Below are positions 51,196 to 60,620 of a stretch of 64,000 bases of DNA, piece by piece. The notes below the pieces were generated by a model, which made no database searches, was not told where the DNA came from, and worked only from the letters and a program-made list of their open reading frames with translations. Source of the DNA: Candidatus Omnitrophota bacterium (lineage in GTDB: Bacteria; Omnitrophota; Gorgyraeia; Gorgyraeales; Gorgyraeaceae); assembly GCA_030649895.1 (NCBI GenBank), contig JAUSEX010000020.1, positions 23,109 through 87,108 on the forward strand. Direction: 5' to 3'. The position numbers were made by a program, and so were the translations under genes. Every line of letters starts with the position of its first letter. Position 1 is the first letter of the stretch.

Positions 51196-51996
51196 ATGGG
51201 CGACATAGGTGAGTTAAAAAAGATTTTAAATAGAACGGGAAAGGTGATAGTGGCGTTTTCCGGCGGGGTAGACAGCAGCTTTTTGCTTAAGATGGCAAAG
51301 GATACTTTGCAGGATGGGGATGTTCTGGCCGTGACAGCTGTTTCAGAGACATATACCGGCTCTGAGCTTAAGCAGGCAAAGAGGTTCGCAAAAAAGCTAG
51401 GCGTAAGGCATAAAATAATTCATACAAATGAACTGAAAGATAAAAATTTTACAAAAAATCCTGAAAACAGGTGTTATTACTGCAAAAAAGAATTATTTGA
51501 AGAACTGGACAGGATTAAAAAAGAAAAATGTTTTAACTACGTTTTGGATGCGTCAAATACCGATGACATAAGAGATTACAGGCCCGGAAGCAGGGCAAAA
51601 AAAGAATTTGGAGTCAGGAGCCCTCTCATAGAAGCGGGTTTTTCAAAAGACGAGATACGGAAATTTTCCAGAAGATTAAAGCTGGATACCGCAGATATGC
51701 CTTCAATGGCGTGCCTGGCGTCCAGGTTTCCGTATGGCGAAAAGATAAATAAAAAAGCATTAAGAAAAATAGAGGCAGCCGAAGGTTTCATAAAGAGCCA
51801 GGGCGTGCAGCAGGTAAGGGTACGCTGTCATAGTAATATAGCCAGGATTGAGGTAGAAAAGCAAAGCATAAAAAGGTTTGTGAATAGTAAGTTTTGTGAT
51901 AAAATAACAAAGCGTTTAAAACAGCTCGGGTTTAAATACATAGCTTTAGACTTAGAAGGATACAGGACGGGAAGTCTTAATGAAGTGTTAAAGTAG
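51196..51996 (+). CDS. larE: LarE-family ATP-dependent sulfur transferase
   Basis: AFSGGVDS, NRCYYCK, DYRPG, SMACLASRFPYG, RVR.H..IARIE, GYRTGSLN. Confidence 0.9.
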   Translation: MGDIGELKKILNRTGKVIVAFSGGVDSSFLLKMAKDTLQDGDVLAVTAVSETYTGSELKQAKRFAKKLGVRHKIIHTNELKDKNFTKNPENRCYYCKKELFEELDRIKKEKCFNYVLDASNTDDIRDYRPGSRAKKEFGVRSPLIEAGFSKDEIRKFSRRLKLDTADMPSMACLASRFPYGEKINKKALRKIEAAEGFIKSQGVQQVRVRCHSNIARIEVEKQSIKRFVNSKFCDKITKRLKQLGFKYIALDLEGYRTGSLNEVLK

Positions 51997-52163
51997 GTTC
52001 TTCGGCTGCTCCTTATTCAGTCGCAGTTTTAGGATCGAAATTTTTTCAAAAATTTCAGAAATTTGAATAAAATTTTGAAGCAAGAAGGTCCTTCGGCAGC
52101 TAAAATGTTCGCTTCGCTCACATTTTTGACGCTGCCTCAGGATCAAATCTGCTTCGCAGATTT
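51995..52163 (+). repeat. Two tandem copies of tRNA-flanking palindromic element E (51995-52056, 52086-52163)
   Basis: AGGTYCTTCGGC..[hairpin]..AGGATC plus a short hairpin abutting the tRNA 5' end. Confidence 0.75.
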
Positions 52164-52240
52164 GGCGGCGTAGCTCAGCCTGGCAGAGCAGTCGGCTCAT
52201 ACCCGGCGTGTCACTGGTTCAAATCCAGTCGCCGCTACCA
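52164..52240 (+). tRNA. tRNA-Met (CAT), elongator type
   Basis: GGCGGCG acceptor, D-arm GCTCAGCCTGGCAGAGC, anticodon arm GTCGG-CTCATAC-CCGGC, GGTTCAAATCC, CCA end. Confidence 0.92.
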
Positions 52241-52300
52241 ATTTTGCCGAAGGCAAAATTGATCCCGAGAAAACGACGAATAGGAATTTTCGAGGGACCT
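52241..52300 (-). repeat. Inverted element E directly after the tRNA-Met CCA
   Basis: Reverse complement reads AGGTCCCTCG...CTCGGGATCAATTTTGCCTTCGGCAAAAT. Confidence 0.65.
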
Positions 52301-52383
52301 GCCGAAGGTAAAATTCGTCCCTAGCAAACCTGATTTTTAATTTGGCTGCGAGGGGCAGGTGTTATACAAATTGCAAATATATT

Positions 52384-53391
52384 ATGCCTACCACTTTTCT
52401 GGACAAAATCAAAGCTACCATAAAAAAACATAATATGCTTCAGAAGCACGATAGGATTTTGGTCGGCGTTTCAGGAGGCCCTGATTCGGTTACCCTGCTG
52501 CATATCTTGTGCGAATTAAGAAAAGAATATTCATTAAATATTACTATCGCTCATCTTGATCACAAATTCAGAGGAGATGAATCCGAAGGCGACAGGAGAT
52601 TTTGCGAAGGCCTTGCGAAAAAATATAATATAGAGATTGTCTGGGAAGAAATAGACGTGCCGAAGATTTCAAAAGAAAAAGGCCTTTCTCCGGAAGAAAC
52701 CGCGAGGTTTGAGAGGTATGATTTTTTTAAAAGGATAGCTTTAGAAAAAGGTATAGATAAGATAGCGGTTGGGCATACAAGAGATGACCAGGCCGAGACA
52801 GTGCTCATGAGAATCATGCGAGGTACTGGAATGAAAGGCCTGGGAGGCATGAGCCCGGTAAAAGAAATCTCCGGTAATAAGATAATAAGGCCTTTAATCG
52901 AGGTATCCAGAAAAGATGTGGAAGATTTTATTTCGGAATCCGGGCTTAAATTCAGAACAGACTCCTCGAACGAGAAAGCCATTTTTACAAGAAATAAGAT
53001 CAGGATGGAGCTGATCCCTTTGCTGGAAAAAGATTTTAATCCGAACATCAAGGAGGTTCTCGGCAACATGGCGGAGAACCTGCAGATTGAAAATGATTTT
53101 TTGAGCAGGTACGCAAAGAGAAAATTTAAAAGCGTGTCTAAAATCAGGCAAGGGCAGATCCTGATAGACAGCAAAAAATTTAAAAAACTCCCGGAAGCGC
53201 TAAGAAAAAGAGTTTTAAGGGTTGGCCTGGAAGAACTTAAAGGTGATTTAAGAAGGCTTACATATCAGCACTGGAAGGAGATGGAAGAATTGATCGATGC
53301 CAGGCCCGTAAATTCGATCGTAGATCTTCCGGCTGGAATAAGTATCATAAAAGATAGGGCAAATATTATTTTAAAATTAATAAAAAGTTGA
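52384..53391 (+). CDS. tilS: tRNA(Ile)-lysidine synthetase
   Basis: GVSGGPDS, AHLDH, ARFERY, GHTRDDQAET, IIRPL, DSSN, RNKIR. Confidence 0.96.
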   Translation: MPTTFLDKIKATIKKHNMLQKHDRILVGVSGGPDSVTLLHILCELRKEYSLNITIAHLDHKFRGDESEGDRRFCEGLAKKYNIEIVWEEIDVPKISKEKGLSPEETARFERYDFFKRIALEKGIDKIAVGHTRDDQAETVLMRIMRGTGMKGLGGMSPVKEISGNKIIRPLIEVSRKDVEDFISESGLKFRTDSSNEKAIFTRNKIRMELIPLLEKDFNPNIKEVLGNMAENLQIENDFLSRYAKRKFKSVSKIRQGQILIDSKKFKKLPEALRKRVLRVGLEELKGDLRRLTYQHWKEMEELIDARPVNSIVDLPAGISIIKDRANIILKLIKS

Positions 53392-53439
53392 TTTATCTTA
53401 GTAAACTGTGCTAATATATTTATCTAATATAGGAGATAT

Positions 53440-55293
53440 ATGAAAATCGAGAAAAAAGGCGGAAATAAAATCAATACAAATATTCTGTTTTGGATAGGGT
53501 TATTTTTACTTCTTATCTATATCTTCAGGCTGGATTCTCTCCCTCCGGCCTCGCTTCCAAAAGAGCTTAGTTACGGCGAGTTTTACAGGCTTCTCGGGGG
53601 AAATAAGCAAACGGCAGCCATCAAGTCTGTTGTAAAAGTGGAAGATGAGCTCAAGGGTGTTCTTTCCAGCGGGGCGCATTTTACCGTGCATATGCCTCAG
53701 GAAGATTCTGAAATTTTAAGTTTGCTTAGAAACAATGTGTCTGATTTTGACGTCAAACCTCCGAAGACTCTTTGGGTAAACATTTTTTATTCTCTCGGGC
53801 CCATGCTTTTATTTATCGGGTTTTTATGGTTTTTTGTATACAGGGGCAGCCAGGGTGGCGGCAAGATACTTTCATTCGGCAAAAGCCGCGCAAAACAGAT
53901 ATCAGGCGATAAATTAAAGATAACGTTTGATAATGTTGCGGGAGTTGACGAGGCAAAGGAAGAACTGAAAGAGATTATAGAATTTTTAAAAGACCCTAAA
54001 AGATTTCAGAAATTAGGCGGCAAGATACCAAAAGGCGTATTGCTCATGGGGCCTCCCGGCACAGGAAAAACGCTTTTAGCAAAGGCAGTGAGCGGCGAGG
54101 CAGGCGTGCCGTTTTTTAGCATAAGCGGCTCGGACTTCGTGGAAATGTTTGTGGGGGTAGGGGCTTCCAGAGTAAGAGATCTTTTTGAGCAGGCCAAGCG
54201 CTCCGCAAAAATGAGCGGCAAAGGATGTATTATTTTTATTGACGAGATAGACGCTGTAGGAAGGCAGAGGTTTGCCGGAATTGGCGGAGGGCACGACGAA
54301 CGGGAACAGACGCTAAACGCGCTTCTTGTAGAGATGGACGGTTTTGATACTCAAGAAGGCGTTATTTTGATAGCGGCGACAAACAGGCCGGATGTTTTGG
54401 ACCCGGCGCTATTGAGGCCTGGGAGATTTGACAGGACGATAGTTATCTCCAGGCCTGACATTATAGGTAGAGAAGCGATATTGAAAGTTCATGCAAAGGG
54501 CATCAAGCTTAGTAAAGACGCTGATCTTAAATATATAGCAAGGCAGACATCAGGCTTTTCAGGAGCGGACCTTGCTAATCTTGTGAACGAGGCCGCTCTT
54601 TTGGCTGCGCGAAGGAACAAAGAGACCGTAGAAATGAAAGAGCTGGGGGAGTCTATTGAAAGAGTTATTGCAGGCCCTGAGAGGAAAACCAGGGTTATAA
54701 ACGCGGAAGAAAAAAAGATAGTTTCATATCATGAATCAGGGCATGCGCTTTTAGCGCTTCTTATACCAGGGGCTGACCCTTTACATAAAGTTTCGATCAT
54801 ACCAAGAGGAATTGCGCTTGGTTATACCATGAGATTGCCTTTGGAAGACAGGTACATTGTTACTAAAAAAGAACTGTTGGGAAGGATAGTAGGGATATTA
54901 GGGGGCAGGGCGAGCGAAGATCTTGTGTTCGGAGAACTTTCAACAGGCGCTCAGGATGACCTGGAAAAGGCGACTGATATCGCAAGGGATATGGTGATGA
55001 GGTGGGGCATGAGCGAGAAAATGGGGCATCTCACATTCGGAAGAAGGGAAGAGCAGATATTTCTCGGGAGAGATATTGCTGAAGAAAGAAATTACAGCGA
55101 GGCAACAGCTGTGGAAATAGATAAAGAGATACGTAAGATTATAGAAGAGTGCTACCAGAGAGCGAGGAATGAATTAAGCAGCAATGCCGATAAACTAAAA
55201 ACCCTTGCTGAGACATTGCTTGAAAAAGAAGTTTTGGATTCAGAGGAAGTGAGAAAGATAGCTTTCCCGGAGAATCCAGAGAATCAGGCATGA
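53440..55293 (+). CDS. ftsH: ATP-dependent zinc metalloprotease FtsH
   Basis: Two TMs, [28 protein letters not shown]. Confidence 0.98.
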   Translation: MKIEKKGGNKINTNILFWIGLFLLLIYIFRLDSLPPASLPKELSYGEFYRLLGGNKQTAAIKSVVKVEDELKGVLSSGAHFTVHMPQEDSEILSLLRNNVSDFDVKPPKTLWVNIFYSLGPMLLFIGFLWFFVYRGSQGGGKILSFGKSRAKQISGDKLKITFDNVAGVDEAKEELKEIIEFLKDPKRFQKLGGKIPKGVLLMGPPGTGKTLLAKAVSGEAGVPFFSISGSDFVEMFVGVGASRVRDLFEQAKRSAKMSGKGCIIFIDEIDAVGRQRFAGIGGGHDEREQTLNALLVEMDGFDTQEGVILIAATNRPDVLDPALLRPGRFDRTIVISRPDIIGREAILKVHAKGIKLSKDADLKYIARQTSGFSGADLANLVNEAALLAARRNKETVEMKELGESIERVIAGPERKTRVINAEEKKIVSYHESGHALLALLIPGADPLHKVSIIPRGIALGYTMRLPLEDRYIVTKKELLGRIVGILGGRASEDLVFGELSTGAQDDLEKATDIARDMVMRWGMSEKMGHLTFGRREEQIFLGRDIAEERNYSEATAVEIDKEIRKIIEECYQRARNELSSNADKLKTLAETLLEKEVLDSEEVRKIAFPENPENQA

Positions 55294-56114
55294 TAGATTT
55301 TAAATTCGGTTCCCGCGTTTATATAATGGGGGTGCTGAATATTACGCCTGATTCTTTCAGCGGAGACGGTGTTTATCAGGATGTAGGCAGGGCAGTTGAA
55401 ACAGCGGAAAGGCTGGTTGAAGACGGGGCTGATATAATTGATATAGGAGGCGAGTCTACCAGGCCTGGAGCAGAGCCCGTTACAATTGAAGAAGAAATAA
55501 GAAGGGTAATCCCTGTTATAAAAAAACTGTCAAAAAGAATAAATACCCCTATTTCAATAGATACGACTAAGTCAGATATTGCCAGACTTGCTTTGGAAAA
55601 CGGGGCGTCGATAGTGAATGATGTAACAGGATTGGGGTCGGATTTTAAAATAATAGAAATTATCAGGGAATTTAATGCAATGGTTGTGCTGATGCATATG
55701 AAAGGCACTCCACAAACAATGCAATATAGCCCAAATTATGGGAATCTGATTCAAGAAATCAAAGATAAATTGAGAGATAGCATTGAAAAAGCTGTAAAAG
55801 GCGGGATAAAAAAAGAAAATATAATAATAGATCCTGGGATTGGGTTTGGAAAAACATTAGAACATAACCTTGAGATCCTAAACAAACTTTCTGAGTTTAA
55901 AGAATTTAAATTGCCAATACTTGTAGGGCCTTCTAGAAAGTCTTTTATAGGTAAGATTACAGGCGCAGGGCCCGATAAAAGAATTTTCGGAACAGCGGCA
56001 TCAGTGGCTATAGCAATTAAAAATGGCGCAGATATAGTCAGGGTGCACGATGTCAAAGAAATGAAAGAGGTTGCTGCGGTTAGCTATGCGATTAGCCGCA
56101 ACGGAGAAAAATAA
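55290..56114 (+). CDS. folP: Dihydropteroate synthase
   Basis: MGVLNITPDSFS, GGESTRPG, DPGIGFGK, SRKSFI, RVHDV. Confidence 0.97.
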   Translation: MIDFKFGSRVYIMGVLNITPDSFSGDGVYQDVGRAVETAERLVEDGADIIDIGGESTRPGAEPVTIEEEIRRVIPVIKKLSKRINTPISIDTTKSDIARLALENGASIVNDVTGLGSDFKIIEIIREFNAMVVLMHMKGTPQTMQYSPNYGNLIQEIKDKLRDSIEKAVKGGIKKENIIIDPGIGFGKTLEHNLEILNKLSEFKEFKLPILVGPSRKSFIGKITGAGPDKRIFGTAASVAIAIKNGADIVRVHDVKEMKEVAAVSYAISRNGEK

Positions 56115-56872
56115 TGAATGATTATATATTTCTAACCAAGATGCTTATAGAGATAGGCATATTGTGGTTCGTATATTACGGTATTTTGCTATTTGCAAGA
56201 GGCACTAGAGGCGTGTATGTTTTAAGAGGTATTATTTTAATAACGCTGATATTCATTATAACTAAACAATTGGGTTTTGACAGGATAAACTGGATATTTA
56301 CGAAAATATTTGCATTGTCGATATTGGCGTTTCTTATAATATTTCAGCAGGAGATCAGGCGAGGGCTTGCGAATATAGGCCAGCGCAGATGGTCCAGATT
56401 TTTTCTTAAGGAGTCTGAGATAATAAACGAGATAACCACAGCCTGTTTCTTGCTTTCTAAAAGAAAGACAGGCGCGCTGATCGCTATCGAAAGAGAGACA
56501 AGGCTTGAAAACTATATAGAGAGCGGCATAGAAATAGACGCAAAAGTGAATTCAGAACTTTTGATAACAATATTTACGCCGAATACCCCTCTTCATGACG
56601 GCGGTATAGTCGTTGCAGGGGAAAGGGTAGCTGCTTCGGGATGTCTTTTTCCTCTTACCCAGAATCCAAAGGTTTCAACAACCCTTGGCACGAGACACAG
56701 GGCAGCTCTTGGTTTAAGCGAGGAGACTGACGCAATAGTGGTCGTTGTTTCCGAAGAGACAGGCGGGGTTTCCGTAGCGATAGGCGGCAGGCTTACGCAT
56801 GATTTGGATAGAGAGTCTCTTGAAAGGGTTTTGAGTAATCTTTACAGGCCGGACAAGAAAAATAGGAAATAA
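56114..56872 (+). CDS. cdaA: Diadenylate cyclase CdaA
   Basis: Three TMs, PLHDGG, GTRHRAA, VSEETG. Confidence 0.95.
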   Translation: MNDYIFLTKMLIEIGILWFVYYGILLFARGTRGVYVLRGIILITLIFIITKQLGFDRINWIFTKIFALSILAFLIIFQQEIRRGLANIGQRRWSRFFLKESEIINEITTACFLLSKRKTGALIAIERETRLENYIESGIEIDAKVNSELLITIFTPNTPLHDGGIVVAGERVAASGCLFPLTQNPKVSTTLGTRHRAALGLSEETDAIVVVVSEETGGVSVAIGGRLTHDLDRESLERVLSNLYRPDKKNRK

Positions 56873-56873
56873 T

Positions 56874-57056
56874 ATGAACAGCTGGATGATAAATAATTTC
56901 TGGATAAAGATAGTATCGTTGATACTCGCCATAATAACCTGGTTTTATGTTAATGAAGAACTAGTCAAAGAGAAAAGAATGGCTAAGCAGTTATATAAAT
57001 CCTCAGTTGTAAGCCAGAGTCAGAGTCCATCCTATGGTAAAAAGCCAGTGAAATAA
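56874..57056 (+). CDS. Truncated CdaR/YbbR-like single-TM protein
   Basis: NNFWIKIVSLILAIITWFYV matches the CdaR N-terminal anchor; directly follows cdaA. Confidence 0.65.
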   Translation: MNSWMINNFWIKIVSLILAIITWFYVNEELVKEKRMAKQLYKSSVVSQSQSPSYGKKPVK

Positions 57057-57058
57057 AG

Positions 57059-57799
57059 ATGTTTTTAGAGGAGAAAAGCAAAGTGCCTAAGCTTGGCGTC
57101 AATATAGATCATGTCGCAACCTTGAGGCAGGCTAGGGGAGGTTTGGAGCCTGATCCTGTTGAGGCTGCTCTTATGTGCGAAAAGGCAGGCTGCGATAGCA
57201 TAGTCGCTCATTTAAGGGAAGATAGGCGCCATATAAACGATAAAGATGTCGTTGGGCTAAGGAAAGAGGTGGAGACAAAATTTAACCTTGAGATGTCAAT
57301 GAATCCCGGTATAGTGGATATCGCGTTAAAAATCGGGCCTGATCAGGTTACCCTTGTGCCGGAAAAAAGACGAGAGCTTACTACAGAAGGCGGGTTGAGT
57401 GTTATAAAATATGAAAAAAGGCTATCCGGCATAACAGCCTTATTCAATAAGAAAGGCATAGATGTGAGCGTTTTTATTGACCCGGACAGGGATGAGATAC
57501 GCTCCGCTATATATATAGGTATAGGTATTATCGAAATACATACAGGAGGCTATAGCTTGGCCAGGGATAAAAGGTCTCAGGCTAAAGAGTTTAAAAAAAT
57601 AAAAGACTCGGCTGAATACGCTATGTCTAAAGGGATTATCGTAAATGCCGGACATGGACTCAATTATACAAACGTTAAGCAGATAGCCAGTATTAAAGGC
57701 ATAAGCGAGCTGAATATAGGCCACTCTATAATATCCAGGGCTGTTTTTACCGGGCTATACAGGGCAGTAAAAGAGATGAAGTTGATTACATGCGGTTGA
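57059..57799 (+). CDS. pdxJ: Pyridoxine 5'-phosphate synthase
   Basis: LGVNIDHVATLRQAR, HLREDRRHI, TTEGG, NAGHGL, ELNIGHSI. Confidence 0.97.
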   Translation: MFLEEKSKVPKLGVNIDHVATLRQARGGLEPDPVEAALMCEKAGCDSIVAHLREDRRHINDKDVVGLRKEVETKFNLEMSMNPGIVDIALKIGPDQVTLVPEKRRELTTEGGLSVIKYEKRLSGITALFNKKGIDVSVFIDPDRDEIRSAIYIGIGIIEIHTGGYSLARDKRSQAKEFKKIKDSAEYAMSKGIIVNAGHGLNYTNVKQIASIKGISELNIGHSIISRAVFTGLYRAVKEMKLITCG

Positions 57800-57853
57800 A
57801 GGCTCAGGGTTGAAGGAAATGTCGCGGGGCTTACAGCCAATAGGTGTTTTAAT

Positions 57854-58237
57854 ATGATTGTAGGGACTGGCATAGACATAATAGAGGTGTGCAGGATAAA
57901 AAAAGCCCTGGATATGTGGGGCAAAAAATTCCTGAACAGGGTTTTTACAAAGAGGGAACTTTCTTACGCAAGTAAGAAAAGGTTTTCTCATGAAAATCTG
58001 GCTGCGAGATTTGCCTGTAAAGAGTCTGTATTGAAAGCGTTTGGGGATACAAGGGTAGGTATCCGCTTAAAGAATATAGAAATACTTAACGATTCGAAAG
58101 GCAAGCCTGAAGTGATATTGCACAGGGAAGCTAAAGAGTTTGCTGATAAGAATAAGCTGGATAAGATAATAGTAAGCATGTCGCATACGAATAATTACGC
58201 AGTAAGCAACGCGGTCCTCTGGAGAAACGAGAAATGA
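57854..58237 (+). CDS. acpS: Holo-[acyl-carrier-protein] synthase
   Basis: GTGIDII, ARFACKESVLKA, GKP, SMSH. Confidence 0.95.
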   Translation: MIVGTGIDIIEVCRIKKALDMWGKKFLNRVFTKRELSYASKKRFSHENLAARFACKESVLKAFGDTRVGIRLKNIEILNDSKGKPEVILHREAKEFADKNKLDKIIVSMSHTNNYAVSNAVLWRNEK

Positions 58238-59103
58238 GGATAAGTAAAGAATTCAAAAGGCTTCTAAAAAAGCGCCCCAGAAATAGCCATAAAGGCGATT
58301 TTGGGCGCGTTTTTATTATCGCCGGTTCCAGGGGATTGACAGGTGCTGCAGCGTTATGCTCGAATGCAGCTATGCGTTCAGGCGCAGGGCTTGTAACATT
58401 AGGCACGCCTGTTTCGTTGAATTCAACAATGTCCAGAAAGCTTACGGAGGTAATGACTATCAGCTTGCCGGAAACAAATAAAATAACATTGTCTTTAAAA
58501 GCGGAAAAAGAAATATTAAAAAAAGCTAAGGCATCGGATGTAGTGGTTTTAGGCCCGGGGCTTTCACAATATCATGAAACTCAAAAATTAATAAATAGGC
58601 TGGTCCTTAATATTAACAAACCGATGGTATTGGACGCGGATGCGTTGAATGCGATAAGTAAAAATACAGCTACGCTTAAGAAAATAAAAACAGAATATAT
58701 AATCACCCCTCACCAGGGAGAGATGGCGAGGCTTATTAATAAAGGCGTAGGGTATATAAAAAATAATAGATTAATTGTTGCAAAAAAATTTTCGCGTGAT
58801 TATAATGCTGTGGTAGTTTTAAAAGGCGCGGGAACAGTGGTAGCGGCGCCGGGCGGAAAGTATTTTGTAAACAGCACAGGTAATCCTGGTATGGCTACTG
58901 CAGGAAGCGGGGATGTGCTTGCCGGGATCGTAGCGGGATTTTTAGCGCAGGGGTTTAAGGCATTTGAAGCAAGCGTCCTGGGCGTTTACGTGCATGGCCT
59001 CGCAGGAGATATTGCAGCAAAGGATAAAGGGGAAATAGGACTGATAGCAGGGGATATTTTAGAAAACATTCCATATGCTATAAAACAGATACAGCGGAGT
59101 TAA
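58234..59103 (+). CDS. nnrD: NAD(P)H-hydrate dehydratase (YjeF C-terminal domain)
   Basis: HKGDFG, GAGLV, GPGL, DADAL, TPHQGE, LKGA, TAGSGDVL. Confidence 0.93.
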   Translation: MRISKEFKRLLKKRPRNSHKGDFGRVFIIAGSRGLTGAAALCSNAAMRSGAGLVTLGTPVSLNSTMSRKLTEVMTISLPETNKITLSLKAEKEILKKAKASDVVVLGPGLSQYHETQKLINRLVLNINKPMVLDADALNAISKNTATLKKIKTEYIITPHQGEMARLINKGVGYIKNNRLIVAKKFSRDYNAVVVLKGAGTVVAAPGGKYFVNSTGNPGMATAGSGDVLAGIVAGFLAQGFKAFEASVLGVYVHGLAGDIAAKDKGEIGLIAGDILENIPYAIKQIQRS

Positions 59104-59109
59104 AGAAAT

Positions 59110-59170
59110 AGGTTCTTCAGCAGCTAAAATGCTAGTTATTGTCCGCATTTCTTAACGCTGCCTCAGGATC
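59110..59170 (+). repeat. Element E upstream of tRNA-Tyr
   Basis: AGGTTCTTCAGCAGCTAAAATG...ACGCTGCCTCAGGATC. Confidence 0.75.
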
Positions 59171-59190
59171 TAAAGTTATTTTGTAAAATT

Positions 59191-59276
<86 letters not shown>

Positions 59277-59396
59277 CTGTTGTTTTAAATATTTGTGGGA
59301 CATATAAAGGATTCGAAGAGAGTCCTGATAGATGCGACTAACAGGAGCATCTGTTTATCAGGACGAGTGGCCGACCCGAAGCGAAGCGGAGGGCGC

Positions 59397-59417
59397 CGAA
59401 TCCTTCTCTGCCCACCA
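59397..59417 (+). repeat. 21-bp exact duplication of the tRNA-Tyr 3' end
   Basis: CGAATCCTTCTCTGCCCACCA is identical to 59256-59276. Confidence 0.9.
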
Positions 59418-59479
59418 AATCCGCTGAAAGCGGATTTGATCTTGAGATTGCGACTGAATAAGGAGCAATCGAAAGACCT
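59417..59479 (-). repeat. Inverted element E, left flank of the GIY-YIG gene
   Basis: Reverse complement AGGTCTTTCGATTGCTCCTTATTCAGTCGCAATCTCAAGATC closely matches 51995-52036. Confidence 0.8.
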
Positions 59480-59486
59480 TATAAAT

Positions 59487-59732
59487 ATGGATTTTTGGCA
59501 TGTCTATATCATAGAATGTAAAGATAAGAAATTTTATGTAGGCATAGCCAAAGATTTAGATAATCGCATTAAATTACATAGCAAAGGGCTGGCTTGTAGG
59601 TTTACAAAATATAGGAAGTTTATTAGATTAGTTTATAAAGAAACTTATAATACCAAGTCAGAAGCAAGAAAAAGAGAATTAGAAATAAAAGGGTATAAGA
59701 GAGAGAAAAAGTTAGAGTTGGCAGGTGGATAG
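59487..59732 (+). CDS. Small stand-alone GIY-YIG nuclease family protein
   Basis: HVYII..KD..FYVG, RIKLH, FTK, EARKRE.EIK motifs; 81 aa. Confidence 0.9.
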   Translation: MDFWHVYIIECKDKKFYVGIAKDLDNRIKLHSKGLACRFTKYRKFIRLVYKETYNTKSEARKRELEIKGYKREKKLELAGG

Positions 59733-59805
59733 GTTCTTCGGCAGCTAAAATGCTTGCTTTGCTCGCATTTTTTACGCTGTCTCAGAATCAGTTTTGCTTC
59801 GCAAA
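59731..59805 (+). repeat. Element E, right flank of GIY-YIG and abutting the tRNA-Thr fragment
   Basis: AGGTTCTTCGGCAGCTAAAATG...ACGCTGTCTCAGAATC-TTTGCTTCGCAAA. Confidence 0.8.
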
Positions 59806-59842
59806 GCTGGCGTAGCTCAACGGTAGAGCAATGGTTTTGTAA
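59806..59842 (+). pseudogene. 5' half of tRNA-Thr (TGT), interrupted right after the anticodon loop (probable att junction)
   Basis: GCTGGCG-TA-GCTC-AACGGTA-GAGC-A-ATGGT-TTTGTAA, then non-tRNA sequence; no ACCAT, T-arm or CCA. Confidence 0.8.
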
Positions 59843-60227
59843 TGTGATTTGAGCATTTTTCATAACTCCTTGAAATTATTGTAACTACATTATATTGCAA
59901 TAAGTTAGAATGGGTTAAGAGCAGGCTTGAGCAGGCCCGAAAAGGCTGGTTATGGGCTGTGCATGGACAGCATTTGGACAGCAGAGTTATATTGAGTGTG
60001 TGGTGTGTTTTAAATGAGAAGAATACGATTCCCCTTGACGCTCAGAGGGAAGTCAGGTAAACTAAGCTATAATGAGTGGACATCATTCTTGCGATAGTAG
60101 GGGCAGCTATTAAAAAATATGGCTGTTATTTTTTTCTCTAAAATTGGGCAATTTTGTGGTATACTTATAGTAGGGGATAGCCGGGGGTTATACCCTAATA
60201 TTTGTCTATAAAAAGGAGGTGATAGAT

Positions 60228-60620
60228 ATGTTTAGAAAAATTTTAGGAATCAAGAAAGGTTTTTCTGGAGGTAAAAAAGTTTCTTCTCAAGTGGAATCCC
60301 TTTTAACCTGCTTAGAATATAAAGACGATGATTATTGTATAGCTCATTGTTTAGAGTTTGATATAGTTGCACAGGGAAAGACATTTGAGCAGGCTAATGA
60401 ATCTTTGGCAGAATTAATTAAAGAGCAGATAACTTTTGCTGTTGAGAAAGATTTAGAGGAGACGGTTTTATTTCATCCTGCTCCATCTAAATATTGGGAT
60501 ATAGTTCGCAACTTAAAAACAAAAATGGCTAGAAAAGAATTATTGAGCAGACCTAATATTACTACAGAGCAAATTTTAGATAGAACAGAATGCATTTCTG
60601 CCCATGCATACTCAAGATAA
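60228..60620 (+). CDS. HicB-like antitoxin
   Basis: YCIAHCLEFDIVAQGKTFEQANESL.E.I motif; AGGAGGT RBS. Confidence 0.7.
   Translation: MFRKILGIKKGFSGGKKVSSQVESLLTCLEYKDDDYCIAHCLEFDIVAQGKTFEQANESLAELIKEQITFAVEKDLEETVLFHPAPSKYWDIVRNLKTKMARKELLSRPNITTEQILDRTECISAHAYSR

Noticed and set aside
52164-52240. tRNA-Ile2 or fMet, given the adjacent tilS
   Set aside because: Paired first base, no GGG/CCC anticodon stem, and the GGCGGCG...CATACCCG pattern resembles elongator tRNA-Met.
3482-58406. Numerous antisense or overlapping ORFs in the track (e.g. 21609-22280, 52560-53174)
   Set aside because: These are shadows of well-supported genes on the opposite strand or in another frame.
59295-59486. N-terminal extension of the GIY-YIG ORF
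   Set aside because: It is read through repeat elements; the domain starts at ATG 59487.
59806-60200. Group I intron in tRNA-Thr
   Set aside because: No 3' exon or recognisable intron core; the break follows the full 7-nt loop, which fits an integrase crossover better.
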